Shown here in pieces: positions 1-10,684 of a stretch of DNA of 50,811 bases (positions are counted from its first letter, which is position 1; every line of letters begins with the position of its first letter). Origin of the DNA: Armatimonadota bacterium (lineage in GTDB: Bacteria > Armatimonadota > Fimbriimonadia > Fimbriimonadales > GBS-DC); the NCBI GenBank assembly GCA_037445735.1, contig JBBIJY010000022.1, positions 1-50,811 of the forward strand, in the 5' to 3' direction. The position numbers and the translations under genes are program-made. The notes beneath the pieces were generated by a model. It was not told the DNA's origin, made no database searches, and worked only from the letters and a program-made list of their open reading frames with translations.

Positions 1-19
1 AGGGTAGGGGTGAGGGGCA
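1..19. repeat. truncated copy of the CCCTCACCCC...CCCTCTCCC palindromic repeat family (reverse orientation)
   Basis: AGGGTAGGGGTGAGGGG matches the GGGGTGAGGG end of the copies at 25864-25907 and ~50617-50657; cut by the window edge. Confidence 0.5.
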
Positions 20-115
20 TCCTTGCCTCTGGTTGGATTTTTCGAACAGCCTCAGGGGAGCTTCACTCAGGTCGATATTATGCCTCGAATTTTCGGACAG
101 CCTCTCGGAACCCCC

Positions 116-148
116 TTGACAACCCCCATCCCGCATCAGGTATATATT
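116..148 (+). promoter_or_regulatory. candidate sigma70-type promoter of groESL
   Basis: Perfect TTGACA at 116-121 and AT-rich TATATATT at 141-148; the spacing of 19-21 nt is longer than canonical. Confidence 0.5.
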
Positions 149-211
149 AAGGCGACGCGCGAGCCGCGCGCCGGAGTGTTTTATTCCAGACTTTCGAAGG
201 AGGTGAGATGT

Positions 212-499
212 ATGACTTTCAAACCGCTTGGCGATAAGGTTGTGGTGGAGCTGATAGAGGAAGACGAGAAGACCAGCGCAGGCATCATTTTGCCCGATAC
301 CGCCAAAAAGCGTCCGCAAGAGGGGGTTGTCGTCGCCGTCGGACCAGGGCGGCTGCTTAAGAACGGCGAGCGCGCCCCGATGAGCGTGCAGGTCGGACAG
401 CGCGTGGTCTTCTCCAAATATGCGGGCAACGAGTTCGAATATGACGGCAAGAAGTATCTCATTCTGGATGAGGATCAAATCTTCGCTATTCGCGAATAG
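212..499 (+). CDS. groES: co-chaperonin GroES
   Basis: [47 protein letters not shown] at 197-204 supports the ATG at 212 rather than the ORF-track start at 23. Confidence 0.98.
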   Translation: MTFKPLGDKVVVELIEEDEKTSAGIILPDTAKKRPQEGVVVAVGPGRLLKNGERAPMSVQVGQRVVFSKYAGNEFEYDGKKYLILDEDQIFAIRE

Positions 500-2137
<1,638 letters not shown>

Positions 2138-2161
2138 GCCTTCTTTCCCCTCCCACCCCCA

Positions 2162-2202
2162 AGGACCGGGTGTTGCCCCCCTCGCACCCGGTCCTCTTTT
2201 TG
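2162..2202 (+). terminator. Rho-independent terminator of groESL
   Basis: 11-bp perfect stem AGGACCGGGTG/CACCCGGTCCT followed by a T tract. Confidence 0.88.
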
Positions 2203-2265
2203 TGCCAGCCACCAGAACAGCATTCCATGAGCGGGGTTCGAGCGTCTAAAATATAATCGAGAGTG

Positions 2266-5076
2266 ATGAGGCAGCGTCTGGCATGGGTGAGCATTATCGG
2301 GCGCGTGGGGCTGGCAAGCCTGCTGATGGGACTCGGGTCAGCCGGCTGGTCACAGGTGCCGCTGCCTGTCATCACCATCCCTAAAGCGGTCGCCGACTAC
2401 TTCGGCTGGAAAGCGCCGCCAGAGAACCCACCCCCGAATCGCCCGTCCAATCAGCCACCTGACCATGCCCGTGCTGAACGGCGCAACACGCTGGACGCGA
2501 TTCGGAACGCCCTGCGCTCATGGGACGCCTTCGAACAGGAGCTGCGCGAGCGCGTCACCATCAGCGGGCGCAAAACGATGGGCTTCCACCTGAATCAGGT
2601 GGAGGGCGACCTCGCCTCCTTCCGCGACCAGAACTACTACGGTCAGGGCGGACAACGCACCACCGACTACACCGACCTCAGCATCCGCGTCGATCGGCTG
2701 TTCGGACTGCTCAGCTTCGACTGGCGCTGGAGCAACAGCCGCTTCCGCAACCCGTTCGACTCCCGTATCACCTGGACCTACGAATCGCCGAGCTTCACGC
2801 TGGAGTGGGGCGATATTAACGCGATTCTGGGTGGCTCCAATCAGCTGGTGGCGTTCAACCGCACGCTAAGAGGCGCGATTGCCACTGCGAAGTTTGGGCG
2901 CAGCTCCATGCGCTACATCACCTCCGAGACCAAAGCCGCCGCGCGCACCATCACCATTCAGGGCAACGACAGCCCCGGTCCCTATTACCTGCAGGGCAGC
3001 CAGATTGTGGACGGCAGCGAGCGCGTGCAGGTCGACGGCGTGGAGAAACGGCGCGGCGAGGACTACACCATCGACTACTATGCGGGCATCCTGCAGTTCC
3101 GCGAGGGAATGATTATCCCGCGCACCTCCACAATCGTGGTGACCTATGAGACCTACGCTTTCAACTCGCGTCCGAGCCGACTGGAGGGCTGGCGACTGGA
3201 AACCAGTCTGGGTCAGGGAATCAATCTGGGCATCAGCATGCTGAGCCAGAAGGCGCGTGGGGGGCTGGGATTGCGCACGAAAACGGAGCAGTTTTATGGG
3301 CGGGGCGCCCCCAGCGTGCCCTACGACCTGGAGTTTCCGCCCCTGCGCGACAGCGCCCATCCCATCACGGTGCTGGTGGCGGGTGTGCCCCAGCGCGAGG
3401 GGGAAGACTACTATTTTGACCCCGTGCTGCCCTATCGCTTCTTCTTCACACGCTTCATCCCGCAGAATCTGATTGTGCAGGTGACCTACACGCCGCTGCC
3501 CGATCCGGGTTCCACGATTGGTGGCGACCGCGAGGTGGTGGGGCTGGACATCACCCTGCCGCTGGGCAAGGTGGGAAGCCTGGCATGGAATGTGGCTCGC
3601 AGTCAGGCGCAGGCGCTCACCGCATCGCTGGAAGGAATCGCCCATGTCGGCGAAATCAAGTTCAACTTTGGTCGGCTTAACCTGAACAGCAGCTACTACC
3701 GTATCCCCACCGAGTTTATTGGCATCGAATCGACGGGCTTTCGCCGCAATGAGACGGGGCACCGCAGCAGCCTCGCCTATCGGCTGGGCAGTGCGACCCA
3801 GTTCCAGCTCAACTGGAGCCAGTCGCGCGTCGCGTCGCTCAACCCGCTCAGTGGCAGCTTCAGCACCAGCTTCACCGACACCGATATCCAGACCTACACT
3901 CTATCCCATTCGCCCGCGAACGGCTTCAGCCTGAACCTCACACGCACCCTCAACCGCGCCACTTCCACCGGCAGCCACAATCAGCAGACCATCGATTCCA
4001 TCAGCGTCGGGCGCACATGGAAGCATGTGAACCTCTCGCTGGGTTATGACCGCACGGAGGCGAGCGCGCGCTTTCAGGGCACGCAGGGCAACCCCACTTT
4101 GCAGACCTATCGGATTCAGAGCCTGCGGGCGCGAGCGGACTGGACAGTCAACCCGCGCTTGAGCCTGCAGGGCACCGCCGCCATCAGCACTGTGAATCAG
4201 TCTGGCTCGGCTTCGCGGGCACGCGATTTCAGCCTGAGCGCCTCATGGCGACCGTCCGATCGGCTGGAGATCAGCTATCGCTGGAGCGACCTCGATTCGG
4301 GGCGACTGGGCAGCGATTTTATCGGGCGCTCGCGTCAAACGGGCGGTTTCCAGCCGCCGTTCGGGGGCGGTTTCCAGAACCCGTGGGGCGTCGGCTACAA
4401 CGGCAACGGATTCTCGTCCGGTGCGCCCTTCTACAGCGGCTACACCTACTTCGGCGTGCGCGGCAAAGGGCACGACCTGAGCATCCGCTGGATGCCCTTC
4501 GATACCGTCTCCGTCGATGTGCAGGCAAGCATCCAGCGCTCCGCAGGCGACTTTCAGACCAACAGCGAACAGCGCGCGCTCAATGTGGGCATCAGCTACC
4601 TGCCGTTCGAGTGGCTCTCATTGAACGCGAACTGGGCGCGACAGGATGTGCAGTTTCTCACCGCGACGGGCAACTCGAACAACGAGTACCTCTCGCTCTC
4701 GGCGGAAATCGGACCGCTGAAACGATGGACCTTCAACCTGAGCTTTTATCAGATGACCACGCACAGCGTGCTGGGTGAGGGGTTCGGCAGCACGCCCGGC
4801 GCGTTCACCCAGCAACCTGTCGGGCTGGCGTTCCGCGCCAGCTACGAAATCGGCAAGAATCAGAACCTGTTCGCCGAATGGCAGCGCACCGACCTGCGCG
4901 GCTATCTGGCATCGCGCGACACGCTGTTCAACTTTGGCTATGAGTACCGCATCACACGCAACCTTTCGTTTGTGTTGAGCTATCGCTTCCGCGAGCAACT
5001 GAACCTCGACCCACAGTACCGCCAGTACAGCTATCGCGCCCGCTCACTGGACGCCAATTTGAACTTCCAGTTTTAA
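2266..5076 (+). CDS. large outer-membrane beta-barrel protein with SprA/Sov-like segments
   Basis: Signal peptide, many amphipathic beta-strand segments, C-terminal aromatic beta-signal (...DANLNFQF), two GEDY-containing modules; start may be GTG 2263 or ATG 2266. Confidence 0.7.
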   Translation: MRQRLAWVSIIGRVGLASLLMGLGSAGWSQVPLPVITIPKAVADYFGWKAPPENPPPNRPSNQPPDHARAERRNTLDAIRNALRSWDAFEQELRERVTISGRKTMGFHLNQVEGDLASFRDQNYYGQGGQRTTDYTDLSIRVDRLFGLLSFDWRWSNSRFRNPFDSRITWTYESPSFTLEWGDINAILGGSNQLVAFNRTLRGAIATAKFGRSSMRYITSETKAAARTITIQGNDSPGPYYLQGSQIVDGSERVQVDGVEKRRGEDYTIDYYAGILQFREGMIIPRTSTIVVTYETYAFNSRPSRLEGWRLETSLGQGINLGISMLSQKARGGLGLRTKTEQFYGRGAPSVPYDLEFPPLRDSAHPITVLVAGVPQREGEDYYFDPVLPYRFFFTRFIPQNLIVQVTYTPLPDPGSTIGGDREVVGLDITLPLGKVGSLAWNVARSQAQALTASLEGIAHVGEIKFNFGRLNLNSSYYRIPTEFIGIESTGFRRNETGHRSSLAYRLGSATQFQLNWSQSRVASLNPLSGSFSTSFTDTDIQTYTLSHSPANGFSLNLTRTLNRATSTGSHNQQTIDSISVGRTWKHVNLSLGYDRTEASARFQGTQGNPTLQTYRIQSLRARADWTVNPRLSLQGTAAISTVNQSGSASRARDFSLSASWRPSDRLEISYRWSDLDSGRLGSDFIGRSRQTGGFQPPFGGGFQNPWGVGYNGNGFSSGAPFYSGYTYFGVRGKGHDLSIRWMPFDTVSVDVQASIQRSAGDFQTNSEQRALNVGISYLPFEWLSLNANWARQDVQFLTATGNSNNEYLSLSAEIGPLKRWTFNLSFYQMTTHSVLGEGFGSTPGAFTQQPVGLAFRASYEIGKNQNLFAEWQRTDLRGYLASRDTLFNFGYEYRITRNLSFVLSYRFREQLNLDPQYRQYSYRARSLDANLNFQF

Positions 5077-5102
5077 TGGTATAATCTCTGCCGGGATCGC
5101 CG

Positions 5103-5912
5103 ATGCCGTTCGATGAGCTCGATTTTCAGGAACTGATTCAACTGCTGGAGAAGCATCCAGAGTGGCGGGCAGAACTGCGCCGGCTGCTGCTGACCGACGA
5201 ACTGTTGCGCCTGCCCGAACTGGTGGCGCAGCTGGCACAGCAGGTGCAGCAGCTGGTTACGCGCGTCGATCGCCACGAGCAACTCTTGCAGCAGATTCTG
5301 GAGGTGCAGCTGCGCCACGAGCAGATTCTGCAAGAACATGCAAGGCTACACCAGCGGCATGAAGAGCGACTGGAACGCCTCGAACAGCTGGCTCAGCAAA
5401 TTTTAGAGATGCAGAGGCATCATGAACAAATCCTGCAGGAACACACGGCGCTATTGCAGCGGCACGATCAGCGTCTGGACCAGATTGAGCAGGATCTGGC
5501 GCCGCTCAAAGGGATGCAGGTGGAGTGGAAAATCTATCGGCATGCACCCGCGTATCTGAGCCGATTCGTGCGACGCTGCCGCCTGCTCTCCCATGAGGAG
5601 CTGGATGACCTGCTGGAGCCGGCATTCGACGCGGGTCTGATCACGGAAGACGAGTGGGACGAACTCCATCGGGCGGACTTTGTGCTGCGCGGGCGCAGCC
5701 GTGTGGATCAGCAGGAGCTGTATCTGGTGGTGGAAGCCTCATGGGGCATCGTTAAGGGCGATGTGGAGCGCGCGGCACGGCGGGCGCGCATTCTCGCAAA
5801 GATGGGCAAACGCGCTATGCCCGTCGTGATGGGCAGATGGATCGCGCCTCCTATTCGGCAGCTGGCGCATGAAGGGCGCGTGGGCATCGCGCTCATCCCC
5901 CGTGAAACATAA
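5103..5912 (+). CDS. coiled-coil protein with C-terminal PD-(D/E)XK-like fold
   Basis: Gln/Glu/Leu/His heptads with a 35-aa internal duplication; C-terminal ADFVLRG...LVVEAS...DVERAARRARIL; TATAAT at 5080-5085. Confidence 0.65.
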   Translation: MPFDELDFQELIQLLEKHPEWRAELRRLLLTDELLRLPELVAQLAQQVQQLVTRVDRHEQLLQQILEVQLRHEQILQEHARLHQRHEERLERLEQLAQQILEMQRHHEQILQEHTALLQRHDQRLDQIEQDLAPLKGMQVEWKIYRHAPAYLSRFVRRCRLLSHEELDDLLEPAFDAGLITEDEWDELHRADFVLRGRSRVDQQELYLVVEASWGIVKGDVERAARRARILAKMGKRAMPVVMGRWIAPPIRQLAHEGRVGIALIPRET

Positions 5913-5916
5913 GTTT

Positions 5917-6771
5917 TTAGCGGGCGAGCGTGTGCAACGGCGAGGTGTGGAGTTCCGCTTCGCAGGCGAGCTTGAGCGGGCGCAGATTCGCTGGCTGCAG
6001 ATTCAGCACCTCATAAATCCATTGCGGGATGGAAAACAGGAAATCATCTTCCGAATGGTCGGGCATGCGCAGCCAGTGGGCGATGTAGTTGCCCAGCGCG
6101 GTGAGCGCGGTAAGCGTCGGCTCGCTCAGCCCGAACGCGCTCTCGGCATGGTGCGCGCCAATCGCCTCTGCCAGCTTCTCCGGGAAGCCCCAGTGCAGGC
6201 TCACCTCGCGCCCCAGCTCCGCATGGTCGCAGCCGAACACCTCGCGCTCCGCCTGCAACCCTGGCACGCCCAGCTCCATCAGCGACTCCACCGCTTCATA
6301 CGGCGACTGCCCGTACCGATCCAGCAGCGGCTTGCCAATATCGTGGAGCAAGCCCGCCGTGTACGCTTCGTCAGGCGAGCAGCCGGGCAGCTGGCTGGCA
6401 ATCAGGCGGCAGCAGAGCGCGGCGTCAATCGAGTGCCGCCACCACTTGCCCCGCCGCAGGTTCTGCCGATCGGTCTTGCCGACAAACAGATCGAACACGC
6501 TGGCGGTCATCGCCAGATTGCGAATGGTCTTGAAGCCTAACAGCACCACGGCGTCTTTGATGGAGGCGATTTTACGGGGCAAACCGTAATAGGCGGAGTT
6601 GACCGTGTTCAGCACCCGAGCCGACATGCCCTGATCGATGCTGATGACCCGCTCCAGATCGCGGGCGGTCGCGTTGGGACTGTTGGTCAAATCCAGCACC
6701 TGATAGACCACCTGCGGCAGCACTGCCAGCTCCTTGATTTTCTCAATAATCGCCTGCGTCTGGGTTGACAT
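5917..6771 (-). CDS. HDOD domain protein
   Basis: RVLNTVNSAYYG, WWRHSIDAA, YTAGLLHDIGK, DHAELG...WGFPEKLAEAIGAHH; SD GGAGG. Confidence 0.92.
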   Translation of the reverse strand: MSTQTQAIIEKIKELAVLPQVVYQVLDLTNSPNATARDLERVISIDQGMSARVLNTVNSAYYGLPRKIASIKDAVVLLGFKTIRNLAMTASVFDLFVGKTDRQNLRRGKWWRHSIDAALCCRLIASQLPGCSPDEAYTAGLLHDIGKPLLDRYGQSPYEAVESLMELGVPGLQAEREVFGCDHAELGREVSLHWGFPEKLAEAIGAHHAESAFGLSEPTLTALTALGNYIAHWLRMPDHSEDDFLFSIPQWIYEVLNLQPANLRPLKLACEAELHTSPLHTLAR

Positions 6772-6815
6772 GCTCTGTCCCTCCGTCAGTTTGGGCAGAA
6801 CGCCCGGGCTACGCT

Positions 6816-8522
6816 TTAACCGCTGTAGATCACGCGCACAATCTCCTCGAGGCTGGTGCGTCCGAGCAGCACTTTCTGCAGGGCGTCCTCTTTGAGCAGG
6901 CGCAGCCCATGTTCGACCGCCACCTTCTGGATGGCATAGGCGGCGGCATGTTGCAAAATCAGGTCGCGCACGGCGTCGTTGACGACCAGCAGTTCGTGGA
7001 TGCCCGTGCGTCCCCGGTAGCCCGTCTGCTTACAATAGTCGCAACCTTTAGCGCGGAAGATTTCGATTGCATGCAGATTGTCGGGTGGGGTAAAGCCGTA
7101 GCGCAGGAAGTCCGACTCGGTGGGATGATAGGGCTGCTTACAGCGCGGGCAGAGCGTGCGCACCAGTCGCTGCGCCAGCACCGCAATTAGCGACGAAGCA
7201 ATCATAAACGGCTCCACGCCCATCTCGATCAGGCGCGGCGGCGCGCTGGACGCATCGTTGGTGTGCAGCGTGGATAGAACCAGATGCCCTGTGAGCGCGG
7301 CTTCAATCGCGATTGTGGCGGTCTCGGTGTCGCGCATCTCACCTACCATGATGATGTCGGGGTCCTGGCGCAGCATCGCCCGCAACGCTGATGCGAAAGT
7401 CAGCCCCGCCTTCGGGTTCACCTGCACCTGATTGATGCCCGGCAGCTCGTACTCCACAGGGTCTTCGGCGGTGATAATGTTGACCAGCCCCGTGTTCAGG
7501 CGCGACAGAATCGAATAGAGCGTGGTGGACTTACCCGAACCTGTCGGACCCGTCACCAGAATGATGCCGTAGGAGCGGCTGATCACCTCTTCGAGGGTGG
7601 CGAGGGTGTCGGGCAAAAAGCCGAGCTTATCCAGCCCGACGCGCACGCTCGACTTGTCCAGCACGCGCATCACTATCTTCTCGCCATAGATGCATGGCAG
7701 GGTTGACACGCGGAAATCGTACTCGCGCCCGTCGATGGTCGCGCTGATGCGGTTATCCTGGGGAACACGCTTCTCGGCGATGTCCATATCTGCCATGATC
7801 TTGAAGCGGGAGGTGAGCGACGCCTGCACGCGCTTGGGCAGCACCAGCGAATCGATCATCACGCCGTCGATGCGGTAGCGCACCTTCACGCAGTCGCGCG
7901 CGGGTTCGATGTGAATATCGCTGGCGCCGTCGTTGATGGCTTGCGTGATAATCATGTTGGCGAGTCGCACGACGGGCGCATCTTCGGCGATCTCGCGCAA
8001 CTCTTCCGCCGAGAGGTCCTCCTCTTCGCTCGCAAGGGTCTGAATCTGCGCCTCGCCAATATCGCGCATCAGCTCCTGCACCGTCTCGGAGACGGCAGCA
8101 CTCATCCGATAGAGCTGGCGCAGGGCGTTCTGGATGTCGTCCTCGGTGGCAACAACGGCTTCGATTTCCAGTTTGGTGTGCTGGCGAATCTCGTCGATGG
8201 CGAAGATATCGAGCGGGTCCGCAAGGGCAACAGTGAGCTTGCCATTCTGTTGCATGACAGGCACAGCGCGATAACGCTTTGCCAGATCGGCGGGGAGAAC
8301 CGAACTCAGTTTGGGGTCTGGCGGTGTTTCCACCAGATCGATAAAGGGGATGCCCCAGTGCTGACCCAGGATACGCACGCGGTCTTTTTCGGTGATGTAG
8401 CCCAGCTGGACCAGCAGTCGGTCTAAAGGCAGCGGGATGCCCTCCTGTTGCTTCAGCAGGGCATCCTGCAGCTGCTCATGGCTGACCAGACCCGCCTGCA
8501 CAAACAGCTCGCCGATATTCAT
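6816..8522 (-). CDS. pilB: type IV pilus assembly ATPase (PilB/GspE family)
   Basis: ASDIHIEP, Walker A GPTGSGKST, LRQDPDIIMVGEMRD, TGHLVLSTLHTN, tetracysteine CPRC...CDYC. Confidence 0.93.
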   Translation of the reverse strand: MNIGELFVQAGLVSHEQLQDALLKQQEGIPLPLDRLLVQLGYITEKDRVRILGQHWGIPFIDLVETPPDPKLSSVLPADLAKRYRAVPVMQQNGKLTVALADPLDIFAIDEIRQHTKLEIEAVVATEDDIQNALRQLYRMSAAVSETVQELMRDIGEAQIQTLASEEEDLSAEELREIAEDAPVVRLANMIITQAINDGASDIHIEPARDCVKVRYRIDGVMIDSLVLPKRVQASLTSRFKIMADMDIAEKRVPQDNRISATIDGREYDFRVSTLPCIYGEKIVMRVLDKSSVRVGLDKLGFLPDTLATLEEVISRSYGIILVTGPTGSGKSTTLYSILSRLNTGLVNIITAEDPVEYELPGINQVQVNPKAGLTFASALRAMLRQDPDIIMVGEMRDTETATIAIEAALTGHLVLSTLHTNDASSAPPRLIEMGVEPFMIASSLIAVLAQRLVRTLCPRCKQPYHPTESDFLRYGFTPPDNLHAIEIFRAKGCDYCKQTGYRGRTGIHELLVVNDAVRDLILQHAAAYAIQKVAVEHGLRLLKEDALQKVLLGRTSLEEIVRVIYSG

Positions 8523-10684
8523 TCCAGCACACGCACGGTGAGCGTGATCACGATCTCCGAGCGGTCGCGTTGTGTGTTCGTTTTGCGGAACAGGTAGCCA
8601 AAGAAGGGCAGATCGCCCAGCAGGGGCACCTTCTGAATGGTTTTGATGTCGCTCTCCCGAATCAACCCGCCAATCACGAGCGTCTCGCCATTATTGAGGC
8701 GGATGGTGGTCTCGGCGTTGCGTCGCGCCAGCTGGGGCAGCGAGCCGCCGCCGGGCACCTGCAGGAAGCCTGTAATCACGCTCACTTCCGGCTTGATTTG
8801 CAGTGTGATGGAGCCGTCCTCATGCACGCGCGGCAGCACCTCCAGAATGATGCCCGCCTGCACCGAATCGGTCTGCACATTCGCGCCCTGCTGGGTCTGC
8901 TGAATGAGCTTGACATAGTTGATTTCATCGCCGATGAAGATTCGGGCAGGTCGCCCATCGAGGGTGGCGATTCGCGGGTTCGCCAGCAGGCGGTTGCGCT
9001 GATCCTGCGCCAGCGCGTTCAGCGTCGCCGTCCCATCGATGGGCTGTTTCAGCACCGTGATGTCGATGCCGAGCTGCCCATTCTTGTTGAAGCGGATGCC
9101 CTGCTGGTTCGGTGTAACGGTGGAGCTGCTGGGGAACGGCGGCTGCTGCGTGCGATCCAGCGTCTGGATACTGCTGGACTGGAAGACGCTCCAGGACAGC
9201 CCCAGCGAGCGCAGACTGGCTTCGGAGATGTCCATCACGCGCGTTTCGATCAGCACCTGTGGCTGTTTGACATCCACCTTCTGCAGCACATCGAGGGCGC
9301 GTTGCACATCGCGGGAGGTGCCCATCAGCACCAGCAGGTTGGGTGGCTGGTCGCCCGTGCTGGCGCTGGCGCCTGGGGTGGCGGGCATCGCCGCGCCCAT
9401 CTGCTGGGCGGTGGCGTTCGGCGTATCGCCAGCGCTCATACCTGTGCTGCTGGCGCCACTGCCCGTGCGCGCGGCGCTCAGCATCGCGCCCGGTCCCAGC
9501 GACACGCTCACGGTGGGCACCAGCTGGTTCAGAATGCGCATCAGGTCGCGCGCGTCGGCGAACCGCACGCGATAGACCTCGGTGAGAATCTCCTCGCCCT
9601 GAGCGGTTGCCTCCTCGAAGCGAGCGACCGCCGCTTTCGCCTCGTTCACCACCGTCGCCGCGCCTTCCACAATCAGGTAGTTCGCATTCTTCTCGCCCGG
9701 CAGAGTCACTTTGAGGTTCGGATAGCGCGCGCTCAGGAAGGTGGCGACGGCGGTCGCGTTCGCCTGCTTCAGCGTCAGCAGTTCGGCGGTGCGCGGCGGC
9801 TCGGGCTTCGGCTCGCTGCCCTTGAACGCTTCGATCGATCGGGGCGTGCCGACCACATAGGTGTTCGCGATGCGTTCGTAGCGGTAGCCACTGAGTCGCG
9901 TGATGAGGTTGAGCGCCTCTTCAACCGTTACGCGGTTGAGGCTGATGGTGATGGTGCCCTTCACATCGGGCGCCGTGACGATGTTCGCGCCCGACTGGAT
10001 GGCGAGCGCTTTCAGCACATCGCCGATTTCGGCGCCCACGAAGTCGAGCGAGATGGTTGGCTCTGGCGGTGGTGCGGCGCCTGGAGGTCTGCTGGCCACC
10101 TGCTGGCTCTGGCGCGGCTGTGAGTCGGAGTGGCGTGGCGGGCGCGGGAGGCTCGTGTCCGTGCGCTGCGCGACCTGCCAGCCTTCCCCCTTAACTGGCG
10201 GAGTCGCCCCGCTCACTTGCTGTGAGGCGGGCTGGGGTTCAGCGGTCTTCGGCTCTGGCTTGGGCGAGCTGACTGCGGTGCGCTCGCCAGCGCCCGCTGC
10301 AGGGGATGGCGCGGTGCCGATTCGAACCTGCCAGCCGCCCTCGATCGCTTCAAGCTGATAGGGCTTCCTGCCGCGCAGGGTGATGACCACCCGCACGCGC
10401 GGCGGGTTGCTGCTGAACCAGCCGTAGCGCAGGTAGGTGGTGACGGGCGTGGTGAAGCGGGTCTCCTGACGGCGTGTGGCGAGCCGTGCCCGAAAATCGA
10501 GCGTGAGATAGCGCCCGCGCCAGACGGAGACGCCTGGACGCGGCAACCGCTCCCCGATCACCTGCACGATAGCCTGACCGCCCTGCTCGAAGGCTTTGAC
10601 CGCCTTCACCGACTGACTCCAGCAGGGTAGCAACATGAGAATCAGATAGCCAACCATCCATTCAGTACGCCCGACGGCTCTCAT
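8519..10684 (-). CDS. pilQ: secretin (PilQ/GspD family) with N-terminal AMIN-like domain
   Basis: ISLDFVGAEIGDVLKALA, PQVLIETRV, LLANPRIATLDG, KVPLLGDLPFFGYLFR; the ATG at 10684 overlaps the upstream stop (ATGA) and follows SD AGGAGG. Confidence 0.9.
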   Translation of the reverse strand: MRAVGRTEWMVGYLILMLLPCWSQSVKAVKAFEQGGQAIVQVIGERLPRPGVSVWRGRYLTLDFRARLATRRQETRFTTPVTTYLRYGWFSSNPPRVRVVITLRGRKPYQLEAIEGGWQVRIGTAPSPAAGAGERTAVSSPKPEPKTAEPQPASQQVSGATPPVKGEGWQVAQRTDTSLPRPPRHSDSQPRQSQQVASRPPGAAPPPEPTISLDFVGAEIGDVLKALAIQSGANIVTAPDVKGTITISLNRVTVEEALNLITRLSGYRYERIANTYVVGTPRSIEAFKGSEPKPEPPRTAELLTLKQANATAVATFLSARYPNLKVTLPGEKNANYLIVEGAATVVNEAKAAVARFEEATAQGEEILTEVYRVRFADARDLMRILNQLVPTVSVSLGPGAMLSAARTGSGASSTGMSAGDTPNATAQQMGAAMPATPGASASTGDQPPNLLVLMGTSRDVQRALDVLQKVDVKQPQVLIETRVMDISEASLRSLGLSWSVFQSSSIQTLDRTQQPPFPSSSTVTPNQQGIRFNKNGQLGIDITVLKQPIDGTATLNALAQDQRNRLLANPRIATLDGRPARIFIGDEINYVKLIQQTQQGANVQTDSVQAGIILEVLPRVHEDGSITLQIKPEVSVITGFLQVPGGGSLPQLARRNAETTIRLNNGETLVIGGLIRESDIKTIQKVPLLGDLPFFGYLFRKTNTQRDRSEIVITLTVRVLE

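Noticed and set aside
23-211. N-terminal extension of the GroES ORF in the ORF track
   Set aside because: It spans the promoter; the SD and GroES homology start at 212
8570-10123. 517-aa plus-strand ORF
   Set aside because: Antisense shadow of pilQ in GC-rich DNA; no recognisable motifs
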